Of a stretch of 64,000 nucleotides of DNA, positions 37,740 to 47,262 are shown one piece after another. Position 1 is the first letter of the stretch, and each line of letters starts with the position of its first letter. The notes under the pieces are model-generated. The model was not told the DNA's origin and made no database searches. It was given only the letters and a program-made list of their open reading frames with translations. Source of the stretch: a virus; the IMG/VR virus record IMGVR_UViG_3300045988_175722, positions 1 through 64,000 of that record. The stretch is one strand, 5' to 3'. A program made the position numbers and the translations under genes.

Positions 37740-38441
37740 ATGGATCAAGGAGTAATCAATTTTGATAAGATATTCCCAAAGAATGATAGCGATGAACCTA
37801 TTGTAGTAGTTTCTACCTTTTATGGTGATGAATACACCGATAGGTCAGCCTACCTAAAGTTCAATAATGCCATCATGCGTATGGGTGAACCCAGGGATGT
37901 GGATCATACAGAAACAGATGTGGAGTTCGTTACTCGTAATGAGGCGGGTAGTCTTTATGCCGTGGTATATCATTATCGGGATGGTAGTGTAGATTCCGAT
38001 ATGTTGGTTAAGGCGAAAATTGGAGGTTGGATGTTCCATCGTTTCAAGTTGCGCTTCCATCCTAATTTCGTGAGTGCCTATATCCCGTCGATATACGGTT
38101 ACAAGCGACTCACAGAACCGCAGATAGCACAAGAGTTGGCTCAGGTTCCTGCGTTTCCAACCAAGATGGCAACGATAGAAGATTATGTTTTTGCACTGTT
38201 CCCTGGAGGTATAATGATTGCGAAGTGTGCCATCAATAATGAGAATGAAGCAACTTCCATTGAAGCGATAGATTTTGTTCCTTACGAATCTTTTGCGCGA
38301 GATGAAATCAGGTATTTTTATCAGCGATTACTCCATCGCTATATATCAATCGGAGACTTGAATGTCGATGATTTCCCCGAAGACTTGATAAGGAAAGTTC
38401 TGGAGAATAGTCTTAAAAAAAATGAAAAAGAAATATGGTAA
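37740..38441 (+). CDS. hypothetical protein
   Basis: 233-aa ORF. Start context TAGCGTATG. Confidence 0.7.
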   Translation: MDQGVINFDKIFPKNDSDEPIVVVSTFYGDEYTDRSAYLKFNNAIMRMGEPRDVDHTETDVEFVTRNEAGSLYAVVYHYRDGSVDSDMLVKAKIGGWMFHRFKLRFHPNFVSAYIPSIYGYKRLTEPQIAQELAQVPAFPTKMATIEDYVFALFPGGIMIAKCAINNENEATSIEAIDFVPYESFARDEIRYFYQRLLHRYISIGDLNVDDFPEDLIRKVLENSLKKNEKEIW

Positions 38442-38458
38442 ATAAGTAAAACAAAGTT

Positions 38459-38839
38459 ATGAAAGAAGAAAATAATAATAATGTAAACGAGCAGCAGGCT
38501 AAAATCGAAGAAAGACGTAAAGTTATGACTATCTACAATAAGATAATAGCCATTGCTGATAAAATCACCGATGATTATAACGATGATTTTGATACAACTC
38601 CAAATCACGAATTGTTAGCTATCGGAGTCTTCCTGCGCCGTATGGAGTCTTCACTGATAGATAAAGATGCAATACGCAAGGATGGCAAGCCTTGGGGCGA
38701 TCAGACTCCCGGCTCAAACGAGGAGCCTACCTACGCCAGTATGCTGGATGTTATCGAGAAAGGCTACGAGATAGGACAAATGACCGAATGTAAAACTTCG
38801 GAAGAACCGGACCAAACATCTGAAGACAATGGCAAATAA
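38459..38839 (+). CDS. hypothetical protein
   Basis: 126-aa ORF. Confidence 0.65.
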   Translation: MKEENNNNVNEQQAKIEERRKVMTIYNKIIAIADKITDDYNDDFDTTPNHELLAIGVFLRRMESSLIDKDAIRKDGKPWGDQTPGSNEEPTYASMLDVIEKGYEIGQMTECKTSEEPDQTSEDNGK

Positions 38840-39434
38840 AATAAAGATAAGCGGTTCCACTCCTGTTAAGTATGGACCGCACGATTTTCAGTTGGGCGAT
38901 TACGTTTATGCTCCCGTATCTCTCAATGATCCGTCACAGGGGAATCAGTTGGCTTATATCACCCAGCAGGATGATGAGTTTTGTCTTATCATCTTTGCAC
39001 AGACAGGCTGCATGGCTAGCAGAGAGTATGAAGACCTTTACCTTGTGCCGATAACGGAGGAATGGTTGAAGGAGAATCCGCAGGTATTTACATCTGCAGG
39101 TTATGTAGCTCAGCCGGGTAATGGTTTTCGTTTCGCATTTCAATATATGTTCTCTGCCAAGCGCTTTAACAGTGATTACTATATCTTGGCCTACGAACTG
39201 CATTACGAAAATGAAGAAGAATACCAGCGTTTGGTAGGAGAGGGTTTGAATTATTTCACCTGTCTCAAAGAGTCGCAGGGTAAGATTACGGTTGCACAGA
39301 TTGCTCGCAGTTCTAATACCGCGAAGTTGGTAATCGGAGTCGCGCAGGCAATAAGCATTCACGACCTGCAGCATTTCCTCCGTTTTTGCGGTTGCGGGGA
39401 GTTAAAGATTCCCCAGTCTTTACTTGAAGATTAA
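38829..39434 (+). CDS. hypothetical protein
   Basis: 201-aa ORF with an 11-nt overlap with the previous gene. Confidence 0.7.
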   Translation: MANKIKISGSTPVKYGPHDFQLGDYVYAPVSLNDPSQGNQLAYITQQDDEFCLIIFAQTGCMASREYEDLYLVPITEEWLKENPQVFTSAGYVAQPGNGFRFAFQYMFSAKRFNSDYYILAYELHYENEEEYQRLVGEGLNYFTCLKESQGKITVAQIARSSNTAKLVIGVAQAISIHDLQHFLRFCGCGELKIPQSLLED

Positions 39435-39465
39435 GAATTGAAGAATAAGATAAAATAATAAGTAT

Positions 39466-40035
39466 ATGAAGATATTCAAACTAAAAGAAGGCACCAAGTC
39501 CTACGATTGGGTAAAAGACGTGATGGCAAAAGAACTCGAAGAAAAGAATGCGTATGGCAGACGAGTTCAGGAGGCGATGGGCATTCCTCTAGGTAATTGT
39601 ATCTATCGTCACGCCAATTTTTCCTATGCCCGAAAAACGATTATCCACAAGTTTGAGTTTACTCTCGAAGAGTATGCTAAAATGGATAAAGACGTATGGA
39701 AGAAACTCGGTGGCGGTGAATCTGTCGTATATGTGGTCCCTAACCCGATAAACGAGCAGGGCAAACGTATCAGAGAGGCAATGCAATCGTACAATCCTGC
39801 AACCTGCCATGCCGAAATTTTGAAAAAGCTAGGCTTAAAGTCCATGGTTCGGGAAATTGATACCACTCCCGTTAGTCTTTTCACTCACGAGAGTAAATAT
39901 TACTTCGTCCTTGCAGATGACAACATCATTCTCGCCGATGATAATAACGATGAGATAGAGCTGATAACTGAGGACGATGCCAAACGCCTAACCGGTTTCA
40001 AAGATGAGCGGATAGATTATAGCAAGAAGCAGTAA
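39466..40035 (+). CDS. paralogue family member 1 (unknown function)
   Basis: 189 aa. It shares K-x-G-[ST]-K-[AS]-Y-[ED]-[YW]-[IV]-K ... AY..RV.EA.G ... VW ... Y[VC].[VA]PN.....QGK ... IL.KLG with 42516..43037 and 43994..44542. Confidence 0.7.
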   Translation: MKIFKLKEGTKSYDWVKDVMAKELEEKNAYGRRVQEAMGIPLGNCIYRHANFSYARKTIIHKFEFTLEEYAKMDKDVWKKLGGGESVVYVVPNPINEQGKRIREAMQSYNPATCHAEILKKLGLKSMVREIDTTPVSLFTHESKYYFVLADDNIILADDNNDEIELITEDDAKRLTGFKDERIDYSKKQ

Positions 40036-40163
40036 TATGGTTATGACACTTGGACAATGTTTAGATTTACGGCTTATACTTCTTGTAGTATTCGTAATAT
40101 CCCTTATCGTGTTGATGGAGCAGATAGCAGAGTATTTTTATTTTAAAAAAAGATAATAGTGGT

Positions 40164-40385
40164 ATGAAGATAAAAATTGTTTCGGAATGCCTTCCTGGAT
40201 TCTTTGATGGGGATAGACTTCCAGCTTTTGCGGATAAAATGAAGTATTTCATCATGTACAAAAAACATTGGTGGCAGAGGTATAGATACTTTAATGATTA
40301 TTTCGGCCGCCCCATGAAGTTTGGCAGCCAAGAGGAAGCCGAAGAGTATCTGGAAAGGAAAGGTATAAATTATAAGGGAAAATAA
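40164..40385 (+). CDS. hypothetical small protein
   Basis: 73-aa ORF. Confidence 0.5.
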   Translation: MKIKIVSECLPGFFDGDRLPAFADKMKYFIMYKKHWWQRYRYFNDYFGRPMKFGSQEEAEEYLERKGINYKGK

Positions 40386-40387
40386 CT

Positions 40388-40843
40388 ATGGCAAAGAAAG
40401 AAGATCCAAAGAAAGAACCGGCAGAAGAATATGCAGGTTTAGGTAAGGAAGTCTTCATCTGTAAGAGAAAAGACTTCGGCAATCCTTCCCTGTGGCACAA
40501 AGTTTCTCTTGCCGATAATGGCACAGTTGCTATCTTCAGCGATTCTGCCACAGGTAAGCAAACGAGCAAGAAAAAGCCCCGTAGTTTCACCGGCACTTTC
40601 ATACTGGTAGATGATAAGAAAGCACGATATGAAGCTCAGATGTTGGCAGTAACGGTCTTGCCAGTATTCAGCAAGTCTATACTATCCATCACCATGCCTC
40701 ATGTGCCATTCCAGATGCGGGACGAGTTTACGAAGTTATATCGCAACCCTATCAATTTCTTCTATAATGAATTGGATGACCGCTTATCTTACTCTATCCG
40801 GAAGTCGAAGTGGTTTCCATCGTTGGTAAAAAAAAGTAGGTAA
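40388..40843 (+). CDS. hypothetical protein
   Basis: 151-aa ORF that starts 2 nt after the previous stop. Confidence 0.7.
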   Translation: MAKKEDPKKEPAEEYAGLGKEVFICKRKDFGNPSLWHKVSLADNGTVAIFSDSATGKQTSKKKPRSFTGTFILVDDKKARYEAQMLAVTVLPVFSKSILSITMPHVPFQMRDEFTKLYRNPINFFYNELDDRLSYSIRKSKWFPSLVKKSR

Positions 40844-40844
40844 T

Positions 40845-41600
40845 ATGGCAGAAGAAAGTTTTTCAAAGCAGATCTATACCCTCGAAGACTTGGCAAATGA
40901 TATGTTCTGGCGAGACTCGAAAGAATTCCCGGCAGACCAGGTTTATTGGAACCACGGTCTTTGGGCAGAACAGGAGCGTTTACGCAAAGCTCTCGATAAA
41001 GGTATAGTGATTGACAATGAATGGTGCAATGAGAACTTCTGCATTCCGAGAACCCTGCATCATGGAATGTATGAATACTTAAAAGGTGCCGACGAGTTTC
41101 GTCACAGAGTAGGAGTTGTCTTGAACTATGGCGATAAATTTACGCAAGATGGTGCGTGCTCGTCCTTCTATTCAGGAGATACGAAATACCAGCAGCGTCC
41201 TGCACCCGATTACGTCGCTCGTTATTTTGCTAAAAGAAGACAGACTATGACAGAGAAAAAAGTGTTATCCCTCGTCCTGGAAAAGAAATGGTTCAAGAAA
41301 ATCGTTTCGGGCGAGAAGACGGAAGAATATCGGGAAATCAAACCCTATTGGGCTTCCCGACTGGTAAATCAGCAAGCCGAAAGTGGCGAGGTATTGTTTG
41401 ATGAGTTTGGCGGCTATTGCCGTGTACTAGGCGAGCCGGAATACAAACCCTTTACCCACGTCCTCCTCTATGGCGGTTACGCCAAGGGGCGCCAGGTAGT
41501 AGAGAAGAAAATCGAAAGCATCTCCATCGGCAAACCGCAGAAGGGTATGTGTCCCGAAGAGTGGTTAAATAAAGATGTTTTCATCATCAAATTCAAGTAG
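40845..41600 (+). CDS. protein with C-terminal ASCH-like (PUA-fold) domain
   Basis: 251 aa. LSLVLEKKWFKKIVSGEKTEEYREIKPYWASRL matches the ASCH signature (I..G.KT.E.R) by eye. Confidence 0.6.
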   Translation: MAEESFSKQIYTLEDLANDMFWRDSKEFPADQVYWNHGLWAEQERLRKALDKGIVIDNEWCNENFCIPRTLHHGMYEYLKGADEFRHRVGVVLNYGDKFTQDGACSSFYSGDTKYQQRPAPDYVARYFAKRRQTMTEKKVLSLVLEKKWFKKIVSGEKTEEYREIKPYWASRLVNQQAESGEVLFDEFGGYCRVLGEPEYKPFTHVLLYGGYAKGRQVVEKKIESISIGKPQKGMCPEEWLNKDVFIIKFK

Positions 41601-41602
41601 CA

Positions 41603-41740
41603 ATGGTAAAGAGAGAAGAGAAATGTTGTGGTAACTGCTTCTGGTTTGACAACGAGGATGCTTATGGACAAGGCTGGTGTATTGATGAGCAGTGCGAAGT
41701 ATCCTGCGGCAGCATTTGTGGTAATCATTTAAACAGATAA
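41603..41740 (+). CDS. 45-aa Cys-rich mini-protein (below ORF-track cutoff)
   Basis: Hand translation gives MVKREEKCCGNCFWFDNEDAYGQGWCIDEQCEVSCGSICGNHLNR (8 Cys). It fills the gap between 41600 and 41745 exactly. Confidence 0.5.
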   Translation: MVKREEKCCGNCFWFDNEDAYGQGWCIDEQCEVSCGSICGNHLNR

Positions 41741-41744
41741 GCGT

Positions 41745-42167
41745 ATGACACAAGAAGAATATATTAAATCATATCCTACTATACCCTGTACTGAGAGTGT
41801 AGATGCTGATGAGCTGGCAGAAGGTAGAATATATGCCGCAGAAACAATAGAAGCGGATTCGATATTAAAAAGGTCGTTTCTTTGCGTGAAGCAGGTATAT
41901 CCTCAAGGCCTTGGAGTCTCACTTTATTTCGGAGTATATTTTGAAATAAATGGTACACTGGTTCATATATTGGATTCTCAAGCAGAACATTACCAGAGTG
42001 TGGCTTCTTCGCAATATGCCAATTTTATATATAAGAATATAGGCATACGACGAATTGACAATTACCATTTCTTTATCCCTGGCCAAGGGCAGGTAAAGAA
42101 CGCCTTAAATATTCTCAGCAGTTTGGGGTATGAGTTTGTGGACGGTGAGATAAGAAAAAAGAAGTAG
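41745..42167 (+). CDS. hypothetical protein
   Basis: 140-aa ORF. Start context TAAGCGTATG. Confidence 0.7.
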   Translation: MTQEEYIKSYPTIPCTESVDADELAEGRIYAAETIEADSILKRSFLCVKQVYPQGLGVSLYFGVYFEINGTLVHILDSQAEHYQSVASSQYANFIYKNIGIRRIDNYHFFIPGQGQVKNALNILSSLGYEFVDGEIRKKK

Positions 42168-42170
42168 CGT

Positions 42171-42308
42171 ATGAAAGAAAGTCTTAGAGATTATTATTAT
42201 CACCCGGAATTTACAATGATGGACAAGTCCTTTATGATAGTTCCTACCCCGAAAGATTTCGGGCAGTATTTACAACAGAAGAAACGTAATAGGAGAAGAA
42301 AGAAATGA
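42171..42308 (+). CDS. 45-aa basic mini-protein (below ORF-track cutoff)
   Basis: Hand translation gives MKESLRDYYYHPEFTMMDKSFMIVPTPKDFGQYLQQKKRNRRRKK. Start context TAGCGTATG, and an ATGA overlap with the next ORF. Confidence 0.45.
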   Translation: MKESLRDYYYHPEFTMMDKSFMIVPTPKDFGQYLQQKKRNRRRKK

Positions 42309-42562
42309 CGTTAGAGTTATCGACGGAGGAAAAGATAATCGTAACTATTCTTTGGGTATTTACGATATTCTTCCTGGTGTTGGTTTCCGGAATATTGGAA
42401 GGTAGGCATGAGCCTATAAAGCCGCCGAATATTCCGCCACCGCCGCCTCCATCTCGCCCTCGCCCTCTGCCATTCCGTCGCAGATCAAGAGTAAGAACTA
42501 ACAAAAGAAGAAAATATGTTATACGAAGCAAAACAAGGATCAAAGGCTTACGAATATATTAA
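42305..42562 (+). CDS. small membrane protein with poly-Pro and basic tail
   Basis: 85 aa. TM helix IIVTILWVFTIFFLVLVSGIL, then PPNIPPPPPPSRPRPLPFRRRSR. Confidence 0.55.
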   Translation: MTLELSTEEKIIVTILWVFTIFFLVLVSGILEGRHEPIKPPNIPPPPPPSRPRPLPFRRRSRVRTNKRRKYVIRSKTRIKGLRIY

Positions 42563-43037
42563 GAGTATTCTTGATGCGGAGAAAAGAGAGCGTCAGGCTT
42601 ATATGGAGAGAGTAAAAGAAGCTGCGGGCTTCGAGTTCGATGATTACCTATGTTGTCTAGCTAACGACAGCAATGATCGAAAAATCGAAATATCCTATAT
42701 CTGGGTGTCTTTTAAACGATACGAAACACTAGATAACAAGGCATGGCGAGTAATGAATTGGGATAAACGAGAGGATGGCCGATATGTAGCTATAGTGCCC
42801 AATAAGCGCTATAAGCAAGGAAGGCTATTAGCTGGCGTATTCGACTCCTATAAACCTGTCATCGGAAAAGATGAGATACTCAAGGAATTGGGAATAGATG
42901 TGTCTCATGTTAGCCCTTTTGGTAATAAAATTATGCTCTTTCGTCGTAAGGACTGCATTTTCGTTTCTTTTAATGACCGTGCCCGAGTCGAAGAGTGTAA
43001 TCTTGATTTCAATAAAGTCGAGATAGAAGGATATTAG
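42516..43037 (+). CDS. paralogue family member 2
   Basis: 173 aa. The first 16 residues (MLYEAKQGSKAYEYIK) are identical to 43994..44542. Confidence 0.7.
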   Translation: MLYEAKQGSKAYEYIKSILDAEKRERQAYMERVKEAAGFEFDDYLCCLANDSNDRKIEISYIWVSFKRYETLDNKAWRVMNWDKREDGRYVAIVPNKRYKQGRLLAGVFDSYKPVIGKDEILKELGIDVSHVSPFGNKIMLFRRKDCIFVSFNDRARVEECNLDFNKVEIEGY

Positions 43038-43070
43038 AATTTTATTAATAGTGATAAAAGAAAATAGCGT

Positions 43071-43652
43071 ATGATTGCAGTAACATCTCCTCTCTTGGTA
43101 ATTCTGTTTATGCTCTTAGTAATGCTTATATTTGTAATATGTGACAAGGTAAAAACAGAAAGATCTTATAGATTAAGTCATAGACTTTGGACAGGAGAGG
43201 AGAAATGCCAATGGGATATAGAGTCTCAGTTCATCACTGGAGATTTGGTGTCAATAGATTCACATCTTGTATATGAAGTCTTGGGGCGTATTTCGGAAAC
43301 GGAATATCTAGTCACTTATAATCGACTTTTGAAAAAGGGACACCTAGTCGTGCATGTATCTAACATGAATGGTATCAGAATTACACCTGAAAGATTGATA
43401 CGTGCAGGTTTTTCCTGTCCGGACTATGATCCGGAAGATATACGTTTCGATGTGCCTTATAAAAAGGTGTTCAAAAAGGATGGAACTGAAGTTATGATAA
43501 CTCATAGCGCCAAGAGCACTATACTAAGAGACTATTGGAATGTTCATTTAGAACATTACGATTTTGTTACCCCGTCCAAAAAAGATATTGTTTACATCCA
43601 CGAGTTGCAGCATTTTCTTTTTGGTCTAGGTCTTAATTATCGAGATGAATAA
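43071..43652 (+). CDS. membrane-anchored hypothetical protein
   Basis: 193 aa. N-terminal TM helix LLVILFMLLVMLIFVI. Start context TAGCGTATG. Confidence 0.7.
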   Translation: MIAVTSPLLVILFMLLVMLIFVICDKVKTERSYRLSHRLWTGEEKCQWDIESQFITGDLVSIDSHLVYEVLGRISETEYLVTYNRLLKKGHLVVHVSNMNGIRITPERLIRAGFSCPDYDPEDIRFDVPYKKVFKKDGTEVMITHSAKSTILRDYWNVHLEHYDFVTPSKKDIVYIHELQHFLFGLGLNYRDE

Positions 43653-43726
43653 TTTTTAAAGCGTATAAAAGAAGGAGAACGTGCAGCCTTGGCTGCGAGA
43701 TTAAAGTAATAAAAACATTAAAGATT

Positions 43727-43990
43727 ATGGCATGTGATTGTATTAGCAGAGTTGAAAAACTTATCAAGGCGCAGACCAACGAGAGTGGTTGTCTTGACAC
43801 AAGTATCGGTGTTCCATCGGGCATTGTGATGGTAAACATTTATGGTCTGTTCCATAAGCAGAAGAAGGATGGTTCCTTCTGCGAGAAGTGGAACAAGGTA
43901 AATATCCTCCCAGAGTATTGTCCTTTCTGCGGCAAGAAGTATGTGGATGATAAGAAAGAAGATGTTCAACAGAAAGAAAAGGAGAAATAG
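43727..43990 (+). CDS. small Cys-containing protein (zinc-ribbon-like)
   Basis: 87 aa. CDC...C...C and CPFCGKK pairs. Confidence 0.6.
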   Translation: MACDCISRVEKLIKAQTNESGCLDTSIGVPSGIVMVNIYGLFHKQKKDGSFCEKWNKVNILPEYCPFCGKKYVDDKKEDVQQKEKEK

Positions 43991-43993
43991 TGT

Positions 43994-44542
43994 ATGTTAT
44001 ACGAAGCTAAACAAGGTTCAAAGGCCTACGAATACATTAAGGGTATTCTCGAAGCTGAAGAAAAAGAGTATCAAGCCTACATGAAAAGAGTAGATGAAGC
44101 CGTTGGCTTCGAGTTTGAGAAGTGGCAAGGTTATCAGCCTAACCGCAGTCTGCTGCGAGAGTATGAGATAACCGCTATCTGGGTACCGTCCGAGCGATAT
44201 GAAACGCTGGATAAGAAGGTATGGCGAGAGGTAGGTAGCCAGTTGTTTAATGATGGCCGTTACGTTTGCGTAGCGCCTAACAAGCGATACAAGCAAGGTA
44301 AGGCTATCGCCGCTGTACTTGCCTCCTATAAAGCTACCACCAATCATTTCAAGATATTGAAGGAGTTAGACATAGGGGGTTCTCAAGGTAACTCTATCTC
44401 CATCACTCAGCTTCTCCGTTGCAAGGACCGCATCTTCGCTTTCTTTGATGATAGCATTCGAGCCGAGAAGCGCAATCCTGATTTCACGGAAATCACGATA
44501 GGAGAGTATGAGGATCTTATTAATAGTGATAAAGAAGGATAG
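43994..44542 (+). CDS. paralogue family member 3
   Basis: 182 aa. See 42516..43037. Confidence 0.7.
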   Translation: MLYEAKQGSKAYEYIKGILEAEEKEYQAYMKRVDEAVGFEFEKWQGYQPNRSLLREYEITAIWVPSERYETLDKKVWREVGSQLFNDGRYVCVAPNKRYKQGKAIAAVLASYKATTNHFKILKELDIGGSQGNSISITQLLRCKDRIFAFFDDSIRAEKRNPDFTEITIGEYEDLINSDKEG

Positions 44543-44545
44543 CGT

Positions 44546-45010
44546 ATGAAGATAAATATGAATCATGTAAAGGAGAAGATAGCAGGCATTATCTTTGACC
44601 TTATCATAGAATCGGGCAGTAAGTCTAAATTCTTCCGTAAGTACACCAACCATCGCTTCCGTAAGCAGTACGAACGATTGAAGGATGATTCCTATTTTCA
44701 TCAGTATAAACGCAACAACGCTTTAGAAAAAGCAAATAGTAAGCTGCATGAAAGGATCAGCGCTTTAAATTACAGACTTCACTCTATTTATGATGCGGTG
44801 AAAGTCGTAGCTACGGAGTACCCTAAGAACATCCCGTGCCCTCACGGAGAAAAAGATGAAGAAAACGATTGCCCCGTCAGAACAGATTCCACTGAATGCT
44901 GGTGCTGCCCAGGTTTCGTATGTAGAATACCTGAAAAAGGTACCATTATCTGTTGGAACGAGAACTTTGAACAGAGTGAGGATTTAGAAAATAAAGAAAA
45001 AGAAGAGTAA
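44546..45010 (+). CDS. hypothetical protein, Cys-rich C-terminus
   Basis: 154 aa. CPHGE...CPVRTDSTECWCCPGFVC. Start context TAGCGTATG. Confidence 0.7.
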   Translation: MKINMNHVKEKIAGIIFDLIIESGSKSKFFRKYTNHRFRKQYERLKDDSYFHQYKRNNALEKANSKLHERISALNYRLHSIYDAVKVVATEYPKNIPCPHGEKDEENDCPVRTDSTECWCCPGFVCRIPEKGTIICWNENFEQSEDLENKEKEE

Positions 45011-45043
45011 TAATCAGTAACAAAGAAATTAATAGAAAAAGAT

Positions 45044-45868
45044 ATGGCAAAGAATAACGATTATCTTGTAAAAGCAAAAGAGTACCTAGCCGCAATGAAG
45101 ACTATGTACAACCTAGAGCAGTTGGCAGATGGGGTCCGCCCTGATAAATACAAGTACATCTGTCAAAAGTATGGTATTGATGAGGGCGAAGCCATGAACA
45201 TGTACTCTGTTCTTCAGAAGATGAAGAAGGAGTATTACATGGTGAACTATAAGGACTCGGCAGCCTTGGAGCGCGTCCTGTCTATCGCTGAGGAAGCCTA
45301 TGTTACCTACAAGCATGATCGTGTTGATTTTTATGTAGAGCTACACTCCCCTGAAACAAGATACAAGTATATTCTTGTAAGTTTCCACAAACCAGGCGAA
45401 AAGTTGGTTCAACAGGAATTCAATATAACAGACCCGAAAACCTTTCCGGCTGTTACCGACATGATGAATAACGGCTTCGAGATTGTCGGAATGTCACGAC
45501 AGGCAGACGAGATAGAAAGTACAAAGTACGATGGAGTCGATGACAATAGAAGGATTTACATCCCTATCTATGATGGCGACGTGCTCCTCTGCTACTTAGA
45601 GAATCCTGACAGTATTTTCTCTCATCATAAAGAATGTGGTCTCTATCTCTGCCATGCTGGTGTTTATCATCGCCTCGTCTATACTCCTGGCAAGGGGTAC
45701 GTAAGACATCATGAGCCAGATGAGGATGAAGATTTCGAGTTGGATATTAGCGAAGAGCCTTTCAGCCAGTACGTCTTGACATTATCTAAGAGATTTCGTA
45801 AGTTGGGTAATATTCATTCCGGCATCGGGTTCCTCATGGAAGAAGATAACAAGAAAGAAGAGAAATAG
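45044..45868 (+). CDS. hypothetical protein
   Basis: 274-aa ORF. Confidence 0.7.
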   Translation: MAKNNDYLVKAKEYLAAMKTMYNLEQLADGVRPDKYKYICQKYGIDEGEAMNMYSVLQKMKKEYYMVNYKDSAALERVLSIAEEAYVTYKHDRVDFYVELHSPETRYKYILVSFHKPGEKLVQQEFNITDPKTFPAVTDMMNNGFEIVGMSRQADEIESTKYDGVDDNRRIYIPIYDGDVLLCYLENPDSIFSHHKECGLYLCHAGVYHRLVYTPGKGYVRHHEPDEDEDFELDISEEPFSQYVLTLSKRFRKLGNIHSGIGFLMEEDNKKEEK

Positions 45869-45871
45869 CCT

Positions 45872-46213
45872 ATGACAAAGCAAGAGTTGTTATCTAGCCC
45901 TGCCTTTCAGACGGCGGGGGATGATGCTATTATCTATCTCGTAGCATGGTTCGATGGTGGTCCATGGATAAGATATGTTACAGCTCCTAAGAAAGAGGAT
46001 CAAACTAGAGATTGCATTCGTTTCCGCTCATTTGAACCGCTGATTAGCAAGATACGTCTGTTGACAAATCTTTCTTTTCTCCATTCAAGGGGAGGTAAAG
46101 TTTTGACCTTCCAGTATCCAAATGGCTGGCATAAAACGGGAGAATGCAGCGTTGATATTGACTCAGACGAAAATATCGTAATTAGAGAAAAAAATAAAAG
46201 AAGAAGATTATGA
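45872..46213 (+). CDS. hypothetical protein
   Basis: 113-aa ORF. Confidence 0.65.
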   Translation: MTKQELLSSPAFQTAGDDAIIYLVAWFDGGPWIRYVTAPKKEDQTRDCIRFRSFEPLISKIRLLTNLSFLHSRGGKVLTFQYPNGWHKTGECSVDIDSDENIVIREKNKRRRL

Positions 46214-46917
46214 AAAGTAAATTAAAGTATTACACCCAGGTTATAGGTGTTAATTTGTTGGCGGCATTGGTACCGATCCTTGCCGTTATCCTTATCTATG
46301 GTCTCGGCAAGCTGAAGAATATCTATACACACCCTTGCGTTTTATCGCAGGAGATATACGATTGCTGCCTAGAGGCAACCATTGTAGTATTGGCTGGGTT
46401 CTCCGTAGGTCTCTTGTTTGTCGGTTGGGCTGATAAGTGGCGAAAGACAAAACTCAGTGTTCTAAAAATCAAAAGAGAGCGTGAGGAAGAAAAAAGAGCT
46501 GCCAAAATCTGTCTTGCTATGGGAGTAGATCCTACTATAGATAGAGTAGAGCCTGAAGTGAATACGGCAGAGCAGGAGAATGCGCCTGTACCTGGTGATT
46601 CCGAGTTCGAGGATATTTCCGGATTGACAGTTAAGGAGATTTGGGAACTCTATAAGGGGCGTGAGATAGATCTTTTAGGTGGTAATGTTTTTATTGCTGG
46701 TTACGACGAGGCGCCTAACTTCGTTGTTGTCGGCACTAAATTAGCTCAACCTAGTATAAGTTATGACGAGATGGTAGAAAGGATGGCTAGTAAAGACCCC
46801 GATAAGTGGCATGTAGAAAAAGGCTATGCGGATTACGGAACACTTTCTACCGAATACGTCCACGTTTACAAAAAAGAAGCAATAATTAGATGCAGAAGCT
46901 TATGGCAGCACGCCTAA
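46210..46917 (+). CDS. membrane protein
   Basis: 235 aa. Two N-terminal TM helices. ATGA overlap with the previous gene. Confidence 0.7.
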   Translation: MKSKLKYYTQVIGVNLLAALVPILAVILIYGLGKLKNIYTHPCVLSQEIYDCCLEATIVVLAGFSVGLLFVGWADKWRKTKLSVLKIKREREEEKRAAKICLAMGVDPTIDRVEPEVNTAEQENAPVPGDSEFEDISGLTVKEIWELYKGREIDLLGGNVFIAGYDEAPNFVVVGTKLAQPSISYDEMVERMASKDPDKWHVEKGYADYGTLSTEYVHVYKKEAIIRCRSLWQHA

Positions 46918-47234
46918 GTGATTACAAGACGTATTACGCCAATCTTTATTATACAAACCCATCGGCATGTGAAGGTAAGGCATTCTTTATGCGTCCTATC
47001 CCGGAACACATGAAGCAGTTCTTACCTGTTGCCGATGCGGATGCAGCTATAGCGCAAGCTCTATCTTTTGCGAAAGCTCATCCCGATTTCTGCATGAAAA
47101 GGTTATGTGTAGTAACGTCTTTCTATACAAAGAAAGACAATTATAATTACCGTACAGATTACCAGTGGTACAGATGGGATAAAACTTTGCATAATTTTGA
47201 GCGAGACGAATATCAGAAAGATGTGCATTGGTAA
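46890..47234 (+). CDS. hypothetical protein
   Basis: 114-aa ORF. An alternative start lies at 46902. Confidence 0.6.
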   Translation: MQKLMAARLSDYKTYYANLYYTNPSACEGKAFFMRPIPEHMKQFLPVADADAAIAQALSFAKAHPDFCMKRLCVVTSFYTKKDNYNYRTDYQWYRWDKTLHNFERDEYQKDVHW

Positions 47235-47262
47235 TATAGAAAGAATAATAAAAAGAATTGTT

